Source of the DNA: Octopus vulgaris
Taxonomy: Eukaryota
Direction of reading: 5' to 3'
Assembly (NCBI GenBank): GCA_951406725.2
Contig: OX597820.1
Location: 121,830,001 to 121,894,000, forward strand
DNA: 64,000 nt
Below are positions 14,382 through 27,099 of this stretch, piece by piece. How positions within the stretch are numbered: position 1 is the first letter of the stretch; every line of letters begins with the position of its first letter. The notes beneath the pieces are model-generated. The model saw only the letters and a program-made list of their open reading frames with translations, did not search any database and was not told the DNA's origin. The position numbers and the translations under genes are program-made.

Positions 14382-14546
14382 TACGACGGGCTGCTTTCAG
14401 TTTCCGTCTGCCAAATCCACTCACAACGCTTTGGTCGGCCCGAGGCTATAGTAGAAGACACTTGCCCAAGGTGCCACGCAGTGGGACTGAACCCGGAACC
14501 ATGTGGTTCGTAAGCAAGCTACTTACCACACAGCCACTCCTACGCC
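14068..14546 (-). mobile_element. Full-length tRNA-derived SINE family A with internal (TA)n
   Basis: Minus-strand head ggagtggctgtgtggtaag (A-box)..ccgggttcagtccc (B-box), conserved body, internal TA/TG microsatellite, aaaagagt-type tail. Confidence 0.9.
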
Positions 14547-15199
14547 TAGCAAACTTTGCAGAGAGTTGGATAGCTATCTTAAAGATTGTGAGTTCAAATC
14601 CTCTATTTTTCCTTTCGTTTCTAAGCAATGCTCGTTCCACATTTTCTGAAGAATTATCCCCAAAGCTAAAACTCCTATCAGTATGCTGTGCTGCCAGCTG
14701 CACAACATTTCAAGGAGCCTGGCATGCATTTGTTGCCACATCATATTCTCTGGGACCATCGAACCAATTCCATACCGAATGGAGTTTTGGGTTCCTTCTA
14801 GATGAAAAGTAGATGACAGAAATAGGTGAGTGTCTGGCAGATATGAATAGCATGGATTGATGATACGAATTCAAATATCACCTTTGCCATTCTTCTTAGC
14901 TAAAATGGTTAACAAAGGATATGATGAAGAGACTTACCTGATTGTACATCACCCCATCCTTCCGCCTCCGCACCACAATATCTGACGTTTGGCCATTTGT
15001 AAGAGTTATTGCTATTGTTGTTGTATTAATGTCGTTTCAGTTTCATTACGTTCCAAGTTGAACATCCGCTAGGATGTCCTTTGTCCCTTTGCGATTCATA
15101 AAATATAGTACCAGTAATGTACTGGTGTCGACATTATTGGATTGTTCTTCACCCGCCAAAACTGTTCAATCCATTATAATTCTATTCACTCAGGTGATG

Positions 15200-15415
15200 G
15201 GGGGAGCTGGCAGAATCGTTACAGCACCGGACAAATATGATTAGCGTCATTTCTTCCGACTTTACGCTCTGAGTTCAAATGCCACCGGAGTCGACTTCGC
15301 CTATCATCCTTTCTGGGTCAATGAATTAAGTACCGGTTGAGTACTGGGGTCGATGTAAAGCCCCTTTGCACCCCTACCCCAACAATTGCTGGCCTTGTAA
15401 CCAAAATCTCAAACC
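15200..15415 (+). mobile_element. SINE family B (older subfamily)
   Basis: gagctggcagaatcgtt..ctgagttcaaat..gtcgacttcgcctatcatcctttc..taagtaccggttgagtactggggtcgat. Confidence 0.8.
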
Positions 15416-15436
15416 ATTGTCAATTTTGTTCGTTAA

Positions 15437-15437
15437 A

Positions 15438-15468
<31 letters not shown>

Positions 15469-15547
15469 CAGCAGCAGTAGCAGTAGTAGTAGTAGTAGCA
15501 GTAGTAGTAGTAGTAGTAGTAGCAGCAGTAGTAGTAGCAGCAGCAGC

Positions 15548-15600
<53 letters not shown>

Positions 15601-15630
15601 AAGTAGTAGTAGCAGTAGTAGTAGTAGTAG
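15437..15630. repeat. (GTA)n/(GCA)n microsatellite
   Basis: Seen directly. Confidence 0.95.
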
Positions 15631-16274
15631 TTGCACTGCAAGTCATATCTGATGTTGCAGCATAATGATTTCACTTGGAACAGTTCTTTTTGTTGTTGTT
15701 TCTTTTATTCTTTATTTTGTCCTCTTGTTTTAATGGCTGCCGTGACAAACATGTCGTGGCTCTTATTGTTTTCATTTTGGTCTTGAAGTCAGTGTAATTA
15801 TTATTACTATGCTTGTTATTGTTGTTGTTGTTGTTGTTTTTATGGTAATCGCTCCTGTCAAGTACAAATAAAATTATTTTAAAATCTCAGGATTTCTCCA
15901 TGTTTTCATGTTTAATAGAAAGATTTTCAGACTCGTTCCTTATCGAAGACAATTCCTTCTCTCTCCACCTCACTTATGGAAATCGACTGAGCTTGTTAAG
16001 AGGTAAACTCCGGAATAGAGACAACCATTGGGATTTGAATGTGCCGAGGTGTCCAAAGATCTGCTTAGAGGTCAGCCAATGTCTCCTCGGTTGATCTCCA
16101 GTGGGAAATAATTCTTGAAACGTAAGAATATGACAAGTGACGAGCCTCGTTTCGAAAATGGGGGAAACCTGATGGCGGTCTCCATGTTAAGAGTGCGTGA
16201 GACGGAGGCTTAAAGGATGAAGGGAATTAAAAAAAAAAGGGGATGGAATATTGAAAACAATGGACAGTTCTTTG

Positions 16275-16318
<44 letters not shown>

Positions 16319-16402
16319 CCTGTGACTGTGCACAATTCATGTATTCATATGTACATTCATAGACACACATAAATATACGTATGTATGTATATGAATGTAT
16401 GC

Positions 16403-16438
<36 letters not shown>

Positions 16439-16465
16439 GCGTGCGTGTGTTCGCGCACGCACGCA

Positions 16466-16522
<57 letters not shown>

Positions 16523-16721
16523 GAAGGATATATTCATTCATTGCTATACATTTAAATGACTCTATACATGTCTACTGACTTTTCGTATGTTTTCTTTATA
16601 TGATGATGATGATGATGGTGATTATGATGACCTACTCATCACCACCACCATCACCATCACCACCACCACCACTACTATTACTATCATCGTTATAATCGTC
16701 AGTCACTACAGTAGCTAAGAA

Positions 16722-16857
16722 CGAGAAGAAGAAGAAGAAGAAGAAGAAAAAGAAGAAGAAGAAGAAGAAAAACAACAACAACAACAACAGAAGAAGAAGA
16801 AGAAGAAGAAGAAGAAGAAGAAGAAGAAGAAGAAGAAGAAGAAGAAGAAGAAGAAGA
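16722..16857. repeat. (GAA)n/(CAA)n microsatellite
   Basis: Seen directly. Confidence 0.95.
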
Positions 16858-17082
16858 GTGTTAATAATGGATTGATACTTACTTTATCGATCTCAGAAGG
16901 GTAACAAGCGAACAGCACATCGGTGGGTTTCGAACAGAGAACATCGCGTGCTGGAAGACCTCGGGTTCAAATGACATTTCAATTCAACAACGAACGAACT
17001 CTCTCTCCCTCTCTTCACCCTCCATATCTCATCTCTCTCACCTTCCTATTCTTTCTCTTGTCTTCTATCTATATCTATCTAC

Positions 17083-17131
<49 letters not shown>

Positions 17132-17252
17132 TGAGTGTATATATTATTTATGCATATACGTAAGCACGAATGGTGGAATACATGGATGGATGCATGACTA
17201 GAATAAATTAAGGAATAAATATAAGTGTATACAGTCATAAAGTGTGTCTGTG

Positions 17253-17316
<64 letters not shown>

Positions 17317-17429
17317 GAGAGAGAGAGAGAGAGAGAGAGTTAAGTACGTGTGTATATATGTAAGTCTTAATAGTTATTTACAGATAGATTGATGCACACC
17401 TGAATGTAAATATATGTATCGCTGTAGTC

Positions 17430-17463
<34 letters not shown>

Positions 17464-18439
17464 TGTGTATGCATGTATGTATGTGTGTATTTATTTATAT
17501 TATTTATATGTATGTCCATATATCTGTGTGTCTGTGTATCTGTGTATATATATATATATATACGTACACGTGTGTATGCATGTATGTATACATGTATGTA
17601 TGTATGTATATATATATATATGTATGTAGGCATGAATGTATGTATGTATGTATGTATGTATGTATGTATGTATGTATGTATGTATGTATGTATGAATGTG
17701 TGAACTGATATATGCGTGTTTAAAAGGATATCTGGATAGATCTATAGTTAAGAAATTTTCCCAAGATAAACAGATTGTTGAACGGGTGGACGGGTAAAAA
17801 TCTTGTATGAATAGCTGAGATTTCGTGCGATAAGTTGATTCACTAAGAACTCCAGATTTTCTTGAGATGTAGCAAAAACCTTTCTTGGTTTGGCACTATT
17901 GCACTTGACCTTTGTGTTAATGGCACCCTGCTCACCCTGTTCCACTACAAAAGGGAGAATCTCAACATTCTCAACAGCGCTATTACTCATGGATTGTTGC
18001 CTGTTTCCACTGAAATCTTTGTAATCCTTTCACCTTTGTAAATATTCACAACAGATTTTGTTGAGCTTCATCATCATTTCACAAGGTCCGAGTGTTTTAT
18101 TTTTATTATCTTCCCTTTCTTTTTCTTTTTTTCTTTTTTCTTTCTTTCTATTTTCTTATTTTCTTCCTTCTGTTTTTTTTCTTCTTTTTTTTTGTACCCC
18201 CACCACCTCCTTCACAAGGTGGATCGGCTCGAAATAATTTTGCAGCTTTTCGGATTTGATCACGAATTTTATAAACTTGATACTATTCGACATCAAGATT
18301 AAATCTATATTCAGCACACAAATATTATTATATATACGTATTTAGGCTTCTAAGTATACGGATATATTTGTGTGTATATGTGTATACCTGTGTGTAGTAT
18401 ACATACATACATACATACATACATACATACAAACACATT

Positions 18440-18512
<73 letters not shown>

Positions 18513-18951
18513 GCATACGCTTTGGTTTTGTGCTGATTTTTTCTTGAGAACACATTCTTCGTGGAAAATAGCGATTTTAACGTCTATATCTAACATATTG
18601 ACCGTCCATTTTTAGTGGTCAGTCCTTTAAATTTTGTATGTAAAAAAATTTTAATCTTCGGATTTTTTTAATATACTAAGGCCACTGCTTTTATTTAATT
18701 GATTAATATCAATTTCTACCCTTATTCAATTTTATATACATGCATATATATATATATATATATACGCTCACACGATATACCTTAATACTGCTTTCACATA
18801 ACTTAATGTGCTTTTCAAGTTCCACTTTTCAAATTATGTGCACGGGTTTTGAGGTTGGAGAAAGGTGAAAGTGTATATATATATATATATATTATTAGTG
18901 AATTGAAGAAATGGAGTTGAACGAAGATTGAACAGAAATCGTTTTATTGCA

Positions 18952-19031
18952 TTCTACACGTGTTTCGAAAGGCACAATTTACCAAATTCCGATTGAATAA
19001 GGAGACCATATTGTGTCTTTCTCTTCAGGAA
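18952..19031 (-). ncRNA. Type I hammerhead ribozyme, extended stem II
   Basis: Minus strand: ttc-CTGAAGA-gaaagacacaat..attgtgcctttc-GAAA-c acgt g-TA-gaa. Canonical core, 11/12-bp stem II, palindromic stem III. Confidence 0.8.
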
Positions 19032-19624
19032 GAAATAGGAAATCCGTTGGAAAAAACAAAAACAGAACAGAGGCGGAGCAAAACAAATCGAACGAGGCTC
19101 CTAAGAGCCCATGGCCAAACTGTTTATCAATGTATGTTGAAAACTGGTGGTGGGTGCGTTGAAGGTTTTAACGGGTCAGGCAGCGGTCATTCCGGTGGGT
19201 GGTAGCACAGGGTGCTTAGATGTTCTTTGTGACCGAGACTAAAGTTCTGACTATTTAAAGAATATTAGGTGTATTATATGGGGCGGGCCAAAATCTACTT
19301 AGAAACATGTGTGTGTGTACTGTTCTATGTGTTCGTATGTGCGTTTGATCACGTGGCCGTCAGTTGGTAAACGGCCCTACACAATGGTCACTGCTATAAA
19401 ATCCGTCGGGTGGCAGAAAATTTTTTTTTATGTGTGCGTGTGTTCGTCTAAGCCTGCCTTGTCAAAGAAACCCCCCGTCGTGAAGACAAACCCCCATTCG
19501 TCTCCCAGGAGTAATTCCCCTTGCAATGGTTAATCATATTTCTCATAAAAGTTATTCAGAATTTATTTCCAAGGGCTATTTTCATATAAGTAGTGTAACC
19601 GGGTGCAGGTATTATTTATAAGCG

Positions 19625-21603
19625 TTATTTATAAGCAAGATAAGTATAACGCCGCCAGTGGGGGCATCGAAAAGCCGACTGTAAAAGTCCGTTTACTATC
19701 CGGTCTCTGGCGAACAATATATGGAAGAGTTCGGAGACACAAAGGTTGCACTTCCTTCTGCCCCTGTCAAATGGGGGGGCACCGACAAAATTGACCATTC
19801 CAGGCTGTAGCTTGAGTTCGTATTCTTCAATCGCTATATTAGCTTGCTGAGTCCCGTGGTCTGGCATTTATTCACGTCTCGAAAAGTTGCGTAATGGTTG
19901 GAGATGCGTGAGGATAATCTTGACGATGAGGCCCCGACATAAGAGTAGACATCTGAGTCCGTGTAAACCTTACATTGGTAGACGGCGTTTCTGATCTTGG
20001 AGTTCACCGACGTGAACCTTATTCTATTAGGATTAGTTTCTGAAATTAGAACTGCGCTACTGTTACTATATTTGTTGCGAGAACTGCAGCCGCTTACTAT
20101 TTTATTTTCCACTACGTCACTATTACCTAACGGAATAACCCCTGATTCTACACTATCACTCAGAGTGCTGTCATTGCTAGTGCCCGTGGTGCTGCTATTG
20201 CCGGAAACGATGCTGGAGTTGCTATTGGGACTCTCTACCCTAGCGAGCGGAGCTGCGCTCACCTCACTACTGCCATCGTTACCGTCAATGACATCACCCT
20301 TATTTATAACTATACCCCTAGTATATAATCCCTGGTTGGAGCTGAGATTATGAGTCACTGTACTGGCTCTCATATCATTATTACTACTATTATTATTCCT
20401 ACTGGGCGTTAAACCGGGAGCGGAAGATGCTGTGCCTCCGGAGAAAGGTGGTAGGGTCTTGGTAAGCAGCCTATTATTATGGGAGGCGACTATCTGGGCG
20501 AAGTTTTTAGTGTTGGAGAAAGCTATCCTAACTTTATGCGAATTAACCGTGGAGTAATATTTGGAATTTCTGGGGAAGTTATTGGCGATGGCCTGTCGAA
20601 ACATGAGGGGGAGGTTAGTTCTAATCTGCTTACCAAAGGGAATTACAAACCATATATGCTTGTTCCTATTTATGTGATGGGTCGGGACGCCAGCTCTCGC
20701 ATTCGGGTGGGTGATTCTCGGATGAATAACGGGTTTTGGGTTAGTGTGAGATCCCCCGGACCGATAATTATCCTTGTTCGCTAAATGAAATGCGGGAGCG
20801 ACTGCCCCAGCACCCGCCGCGCTCCCGTCACTACTTAAATTATTAATGTTATTATAGACGGCCCTATCCTGATGACCGAATGATGGCATCGGAAGGGCCG
20901 GATCAATATAAATTACCTTCTGCCTATAACCGGCCTTGGATAGTGCGGCGTTATAAAATCCCGCTTTCTGAATAAAAATATCGGCACTAGCGGACAAGCC
21001 AGACAATCTTAGAGAGATGTTTTTAACCAAATTGTCTGTTACGGTTTTGGCATGATTTGAGAAGACACTGACATACTTCAAATTAGTGGAAGGCTTATGG
21101 TAAGGGCAGTATGAGTCGCTATTAAGGTTAAGTGTAACGTCTAGGAAATTTGCCTTGGTGAGTTCATTATCAAAAACTATATTCATGCCCATTCTATTAA
21201 AAAACCTAGCTAACCTGCTCTTAGTTTTCTGCACTATTCTGTTCGTGGTGTTTTGCAGGTAAAACAGACAATCGTCACGATACAGGCCGCCCGCGATCTC
21301 CGGGAATTGGTCGGACAATTCGTAGAGAATATATATTCCGACCAAATCGGCTATCTGCGCACTATCCGAACTACCCATAGGCACATCAAATTCATTGGGA
21401 GTATCTTTACGGATCCACAACTTATTATCAAACTTAATAAACGATTTCCTGGCAACTAAAATGATATCTATTTCTTCTCTGGTGAGGCCAGCCTTGTTGT
21501 GAGCATGCCAAAGGGCCTTATTTAGTACACTAGGGTTAATCGAGGGGTAGAAGCTGGCGATATCAAACTGGATGAACCTGGTACGGTTCCTATTGGCTTT
21601 TGA
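19625..21603 (-). pseudogene. PLE reverse transcriptase / GIY-YIG endonuclease, recently inactivated
   Basis: The frame is open upstream of the tracked start: FIQFDIASFYPSI, FDVPMGSSDSAQIADLVG, GLYRDD, NFLDVTLNL..PYHKP, SNH. Endonuclease motifs VYQCKV..YVG..R..NH. A TAG replaces the Trp expected in LSKLI(W)RLK at 19834. A 1-nt frameshift in the C-run near 19770-19780 precedes KCNLCVSE; stop at 19625. Confidence 0.9.
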
Positions 21604-21966
21604 TTAATCTGCAACAAGATTATTCATCTTTCTATTTCACAAAAATATATATATATATATATACGAATATAAACAAGAAGGGTAGTAATATTATTTACTA
21701 CCAGGTGCCCAGCACAAAAGACGAATTAGTCATACGACAAAAATATTATTCATATAGAAAAATATTATTCATGTAGTTATACAATTAAGGATATATATAT
21801 ATAATTCGGGAAACCAAATTTCCAAATCAATCAGGTGTAAACTTACAGCGTTATATCCATCTACATATCGTACTTTGGGGTTTTATTCATCGTATATTTA
21901 TATATTTATCTCTAAATATGCAAAGTATCTGATAAAAGTAAATATTCAATTTATGGTAATTAATCG

Positions 21967-22809
21967 ATATGCGGGTATTCTATTTCAGATAATGCAAAAG
22001 TAACCCAATGAGTATATCTTACAGTAAACTCATGGTATCAGTTTGCACAACACGAAATACCACTTAAAGGATATAACCTAAATTACCAGCTGGGTATATA
22101 ATGTACTTCATTAATTATATCATACTTTAGTTAATACTTATATTTATTATATATGAAGGAACTACACGTGTTTCAGTATTGGAAGATTACGATATATATG
22201 CATATATACAACTGTATACCTATATATATACTTATATAAATACATATATGCAATCATCAGATTTACAATTATTCCAACATCTCTTCAGATTCTCATATAT
22301 ATTTCAGGCTCTACTTCTATTATATATCTAATTATATATTAAGTTATTCCAAACATTAAAACACAAAGGGAAAACTCTACATCCCTTTTAAAATAAGCAA
22401 TACAATTAAGCATTAAAGATTAGATATTACGAATTAGAAATTAAGAATAAAAATTAAGAATAAAAATCATAATTTGTAATATTAAGAATTATAATTTTTA
22501 ACTTATACATTATAAATATGAATTAGTATATATATAAATCATGTAAAATCAAGTATATGTCAAATACAGAATGTGAGATATAAGATTAAACATCAGAATA
22601 TAAATGCCTGTGTTTAAATGAGATATATAACAAGAAATATTCAAATACATATCTTCCTTTTTTGCTGGTACTAAAATAGTGATTTGAGGAAAAATTTAGG
22701 TTATATCCTTTAAGTGGTATTTCGTGTTGTGCAAAATGATACCATGAGTTTACTGTCAGATATACTCATGAGGTTATTTTTGTATTATCTGAAATAGAAT
22801 ACCCGTATA

Positions 22810-22810
<1 letters not shown>
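21967..22810 (-). mobile_element. Non-autonomous PLE-derived fold-back element (~118-bp inverted arms around a hammerhead)
   Basis: 21967-22084 is the reverse complement of 22693-22810; internal hammerhead at 22159-22292; abuts (TA)n. Confidence 0.7.
22159..22292 (-). ncRNA. Type I hammerhead motif with ~110-nt stem II region
   Basis: gaat-CTGAAGA-ga tgttggaa..(AT-rich)..ttccaata ct-GAAA-c acgt g-TA-gttc. Confidence 0.65.
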
Positions 22811-22884
<74 letters not shown>

Positions 22885-23264
22885 CTGCGGCCTTGATGGA
22901 GCAGCGCCTTTAATCGAGCAACTCGACCCCGGGACTTATTCTGTTGTAAGCCCAGTACTTATTCTATCGGTCTCTTTTGCCGAACCGCTAAGTAACGGGG
23001 ACATAAACACACCAGCATCGGTTGTCAAGCAATGCTAGGGGGACAAACACAGACACACAAACACACACACACGCATATATATATACATATATACATATAT
23101 ACGACGGGCTTCTTCCAGTTTCCGTCTACCAAATTCACTCACAAGGCTTTGGTCGGTCCGAGGCTATAGTAGAAGACACTTGCCCAAGATGCCACGCAGT
23201 GGGACTGAACCCGGAACCATGTGGTTGGTAAACAAGCTACTTACCTCACAGCCACTCCTGCGCC

Positions 23265-23265
<1 letters not shown>
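22885..23265 (-). mobile_element. SINE family A
   Basis: Near-identical to the 14068 and 25303 copies. Confidence 0.9.
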
Positions 23266-23295
<30 letters not shown>

Positions 23296-23875
23296 GCACT
23301 CGCGCAAAGCGGAGTGTAGAAAGAGAGCGCTGAAGAGAGATAGAGAGCAAACGGAAGAGAGACTTGTAATATCATCGGTCTCGCATTATGTGGACCATAA
23401 TGTTCAATCCCGATGTCCAGTGTTCATTGGATAGAAACGAAATGTCAGAAAAAGTGCTTCGGTGACAGACTTCAACTTGGAAATGAAGCAAGTGCTCGAA
23501 GTTGCACAAAACACAACGAGGATGTTATACGAAACCAGAGAAATTCACTATAATGCAGAAGAATGGCGAGCAAGGAAAGTTAAAAGGCGAATTTTGCACG
23601 AGGAAAGGGAGAAGAGATGGCCGGCACACGATGTCCTTCTAAGGACGGTCAAACATATAATAGGGGTTGGAGTGATACTTCTCAGTATCATAGGTAAATG
23701 CAGCGTCACATTAATTGAGGAGAACCAGTTCGAAACTGTTACCGGCTATTTTATTCACAGAATTGGAATATAAAACGAATGCAAGTGTGTAGACTAAAAA
23801 AATGCCAAGTCAGATTTCTGAATGCTACTGAAGAGTTAAGTGAGAAGGTAGGCTAGGAGAAAACAGTGCAATATA

Positions 23876-24111
23876 TATTTCTTTACTACCCACAAGGGGC
23901 TAAACATAGAGGGGACAAACAAGGACAGACAAACGGATTAAGTCGATTACATTGACCCCAGTGAGTAACTGGTACTTAATTTATCGACCCCGAAAGGATG
24001 AAAGACAAAGTCGACCTCGGGTGAATTTGAACCCAGAACGTAACGGCAGACGAAATACGGCTACACATTTCGCCCGGCGTGCTAATGTTTCTGTCAGCTC
24101 GCCGCCTTTTT
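23876..24111 (-). mobile_element. Full SINE family B with 10-bp TSD
   Basis: Head ggcggcgagctgacagaaac, tail gtgggtagtaaagaaat; TSD gtgcaatata at 23866-23875 and 24112-24121. Confidence 0.9.
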
Positions 24112-24254
24112 GTGCAATATAACACTGCAATATAATATGGTCCCCAAATCCTATTATAATAACCAAACACTTTCTAAATCTTTAGGCATGATGGCCAAGG
24201 AAGGCAACACGATGCGATATGAGTAATAGGAAATATCTCCAGTGTGATGGGCAT

Positions 24255-24538
24255 AAAGTATGGTTTGAGGTGTAATCAGGGAAGTGTGCGTTTTATTCTT
24301 GAGCAACACATGCATCGCACGTTCTTCCAGTTTCCTTATTTGGCAAAAATGAGTAGTACCTGTATCTCAATGGACCAGCCTTCACACATTCTGTGTCACG
24401 CTGAATCTCCTTGAGAACTACTTTAAGGGTGCACATGATTGTACAGCGCCCAACCATTTGAATGTTAGTTTCATGAGCTGGGTGTTCCAGCTGATCGGGT
24501 TAACAGGAAACCCCGCCGTCGCAATCGACAAGACAGTT
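24255..24538 (+). mobile_element. Old SINE-like element (family D)
   Basis: cttgagcaacaca..gcaaaaatgagtagtacctg central segment, CATA-repeat tail; weak similarity to ~3680-3990. Confidence 0.45.
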
Positions 24539-24611
24539 TTGTATACATACGTACATACATACATACACACACACATACATACATACATACATACATACAT
24601 ACATACATACA

Positions 24612-24645
<34 letters not shown>

Positions 24646-24780
24646 AATATATATATATATATGTATAGTTTTTCTTTCATTATAGCTGATCGTAAACAAA
24701 TATTTGTAGGTGTATATGTGTGTGCGTATGTGTGTCTGTGTGTGTCTGTGTATGTACGCGTATGTGTATGCATACATATG

Positions 24781-24845
<65 letters not shown>

Positions 24846-25275
24846 TATATATAATTGTTAGTTTTTATGTTCAACAGTAATAAAAAAAGATTATTTTATA
24901 TTATTATGATGGTCACTTTATAGAATTGTTAAGTTCATACTCATTATTCTTCCCATTCCTTTTTGAATTTATTCTTACGGATGCATTGTACGGGCATACC
25001 CGTACATCGCTTGCGCACTATGTGCTTATAAGTCGCGGACTGGCCGAATAATTAATCTCCGATCCCAAGGTTGCGTCATGTTTCTAAGTCACAAAATGGC
25101 GAAACATGAACGTCCATCACTCCTAGATTGGATTGGAAGTGAGTTATCTCGCCTGTCCATGTATTTCATCTTTTAACCATTGTTGAATTGGAAAGTTTTC
25201 TCCACATCGCCAAATCACAGCATCCCAGGACATATATGAAGTGCATTCATTTAGCATATGAGGCTGGATTATGTT

Positions 25276-25302
<27 letters not shown>

Positions 25303-25306
<4 letters not shown>

Positions 25307-25691
25307 GAGTGTCTGTATGGTAAGTAGCTTGTTTAACAACCACATGGTTCCGGGTTCAGTCCCACTGTGCGGCACCCTGGGCAACTGTCTTCTACTGTAG
25401 CCTCGTGCCAACCAAAGCCTTGTGAGTGGATTTGGTAGACGGAAACTGAAAGAAGCCCGTCGTATATATGTATATGTATGTGTGTGTTTGTGTGTCTGTG
25501 TTTGTCCCCGTAGCATTGCTTGACAACTGATGCTGGTGTGTTTATGTCCCCGTCACTTAGCGGTTCGGTCAAAGAGACCGATATAATAAGTACTGGGCTT
25601 ACAACAGAATAAGTCCCGGGGTCGAGTTGCTCGATTAAAGGTGGTGCTTCAGCATGGCCGCAATCAAATGACTGAAACAAGTAAAAGAGTT
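25303..25691 (+). mobile_element. SINE family A
   Basis: Full copy: caggagtgtctgtatggtaagtagc..atgactgaaacaagtaaaagagt. Confidence 0.9.
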
Positions 25692-25712
25692 AAATAGTAT
25701 ACATACACACAC

Positions 25713-25744
<32 letters not shown>

Positions 25745-25823
25745 GCATACATATACATACGTACATATATATGTGTATATATATATATATACATACGAAC
25801 ATATATATGTGTGTGTATATATA

Positions 25824-25871
<48 letters not shown>

Positions 25872-26125
25872 AATATATATACATAGGTTAAACTCATGAA
25901 AGGATGCTATAGTGGATCCATAAACACATATAAAACATCCGGGGGTATATTTTTCTCCTTCTATATATATTATACTCAGGTCATATAAATTTAATATTTA
26001 CGTAAAATTTACTGAGTATTGATTGAAACTGCTGTAAGGGATTATGAATAGTTTGCTGTTAACGATAAACATTTATTAATTTCCCAATCTCCATTTTCTT
26101 TTTCTTCTTTTATATAAATATAAAC

Positions 26126-26168
<43 letters not shown>

Positions 26169-26212
26169 TGTCTTCCTCTGTCTTCCCTTCTCTGGATCTT
26201 TCCTTCTCCTAT

Positions 26213-26247
26213 GTTTCCGACGAAGAGCTCCGCTCGAAACGTTAAAC
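26213..26247 (+). ncRNA. Minimal hammerhead-like motif (U4C variant)
   Basis: gttt-CCGACGA-a-gagc tcc gctc-GAAA-cg-TT-aaac. Confidence 0.6.
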
Positions 26248-26342
26248 CCTCCTTCTTTCCTTCTTTCCTGAGCGTCCAATAATACTATATTTGTTCCACG
26301 TCCTCGCGTTGTTGTGTTTTTGTGTGCTTTCTTGTTGGATTA

Positions 26343-26384
<42 letters not shown>

Positions 26385-26451
26385 CTGGATGCTCTCTCCG
26401 TTAATTTATTATTGTATTTTTCCTCTTTCCATCTGTTTTCTCTCATCGTTC

Positions 26452-26487
26452 CTTCCTGTAGTTGAGCGTAGGCTCGAAACGTCAAAG
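26452..26487 (+). ncRNA. Degenerate minimal hammerhead-like motif
   Basis: cttc-CTGTAGT-t-gagc gtag gctc-GAAA-cg-TC-aaag; core positions A6 and A9 are altered. Confidence 0.4.
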
Positions 26488-26581
26488 ACTGATACAACTT
26501 GCTTGTTCTTCTCTCACCTGTCTCTGTCTTTTGTTCTTTTTGCTTTTTGCGCAAATTGAACCATATACGTGCGTGTGGGTG

Positions 26582-26636
<55 letters not shown>

Positions 26637-27099
26637 ATGCATTTATTTATTTGTATGTATTTATCTCTTTATGCTTGATACATAAAAACATATAAGAAAA
26701 GATTTGCGAATGACAGATTGCAATATTGTTGCATCAAATGAAATTTCCTCTTTCAATTTCCTGTTTTATTTTATTATATTTAAAATCTTCGCCAAGTTTC
26801 TCGCCTTCCTCTCCTATTTGCATAGTTTAATCTATCGGAATATTTATGAACAACTTCTTTCTTTATTTTCGCAAATTCTGACAACTCACGGCTGATTTCT
26901 TACTGTAGACATAAATTAACATATGTCTGTACAACAAATAACGGAGATAACACTTTATTTTTATAATATCATGTATCACCTGTTTCCATGGTTACAAATG
27001 TAGCTTTTAGAATATCATTACCAAATATGTGTATGTGTTTGTGTGCGTGTGCGTTTGTGTGTGCATGATAATAATGGTTTCAATATTGTGCAGAGGGCG

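Larger units (their letters stand above)
18895..21603 (-). mobile_element. 5'-truncated Penelope-like retroelement (Naiad-type) flanked by (TA)n
   Basis: RT + GIY-YIG coding region, ~600-nt 3' UTR, hammerhead motif and AATAAA near 18945; (TA)n runs at 18873-18892 and 21646-21662. Confidence 0.9.

Noticed and set aside
14560-14820. Possible transposase remnant (NMMWQQ..)
   Set aside because: Only one short motif resemblance; no TIRs or other catalytic motifs.
19997-21459. Plus-strand ORFs of 118, 101 and 68 aa
   Set aside because: Antisense shadows of the PLE RT reading frame.
19625-21603. Selenocysteine recoding, as described for some Naiad PLEs
   Set aside because: No in-frame TGA in the coding region; the internal stop is TAG at a conserved Trp position.
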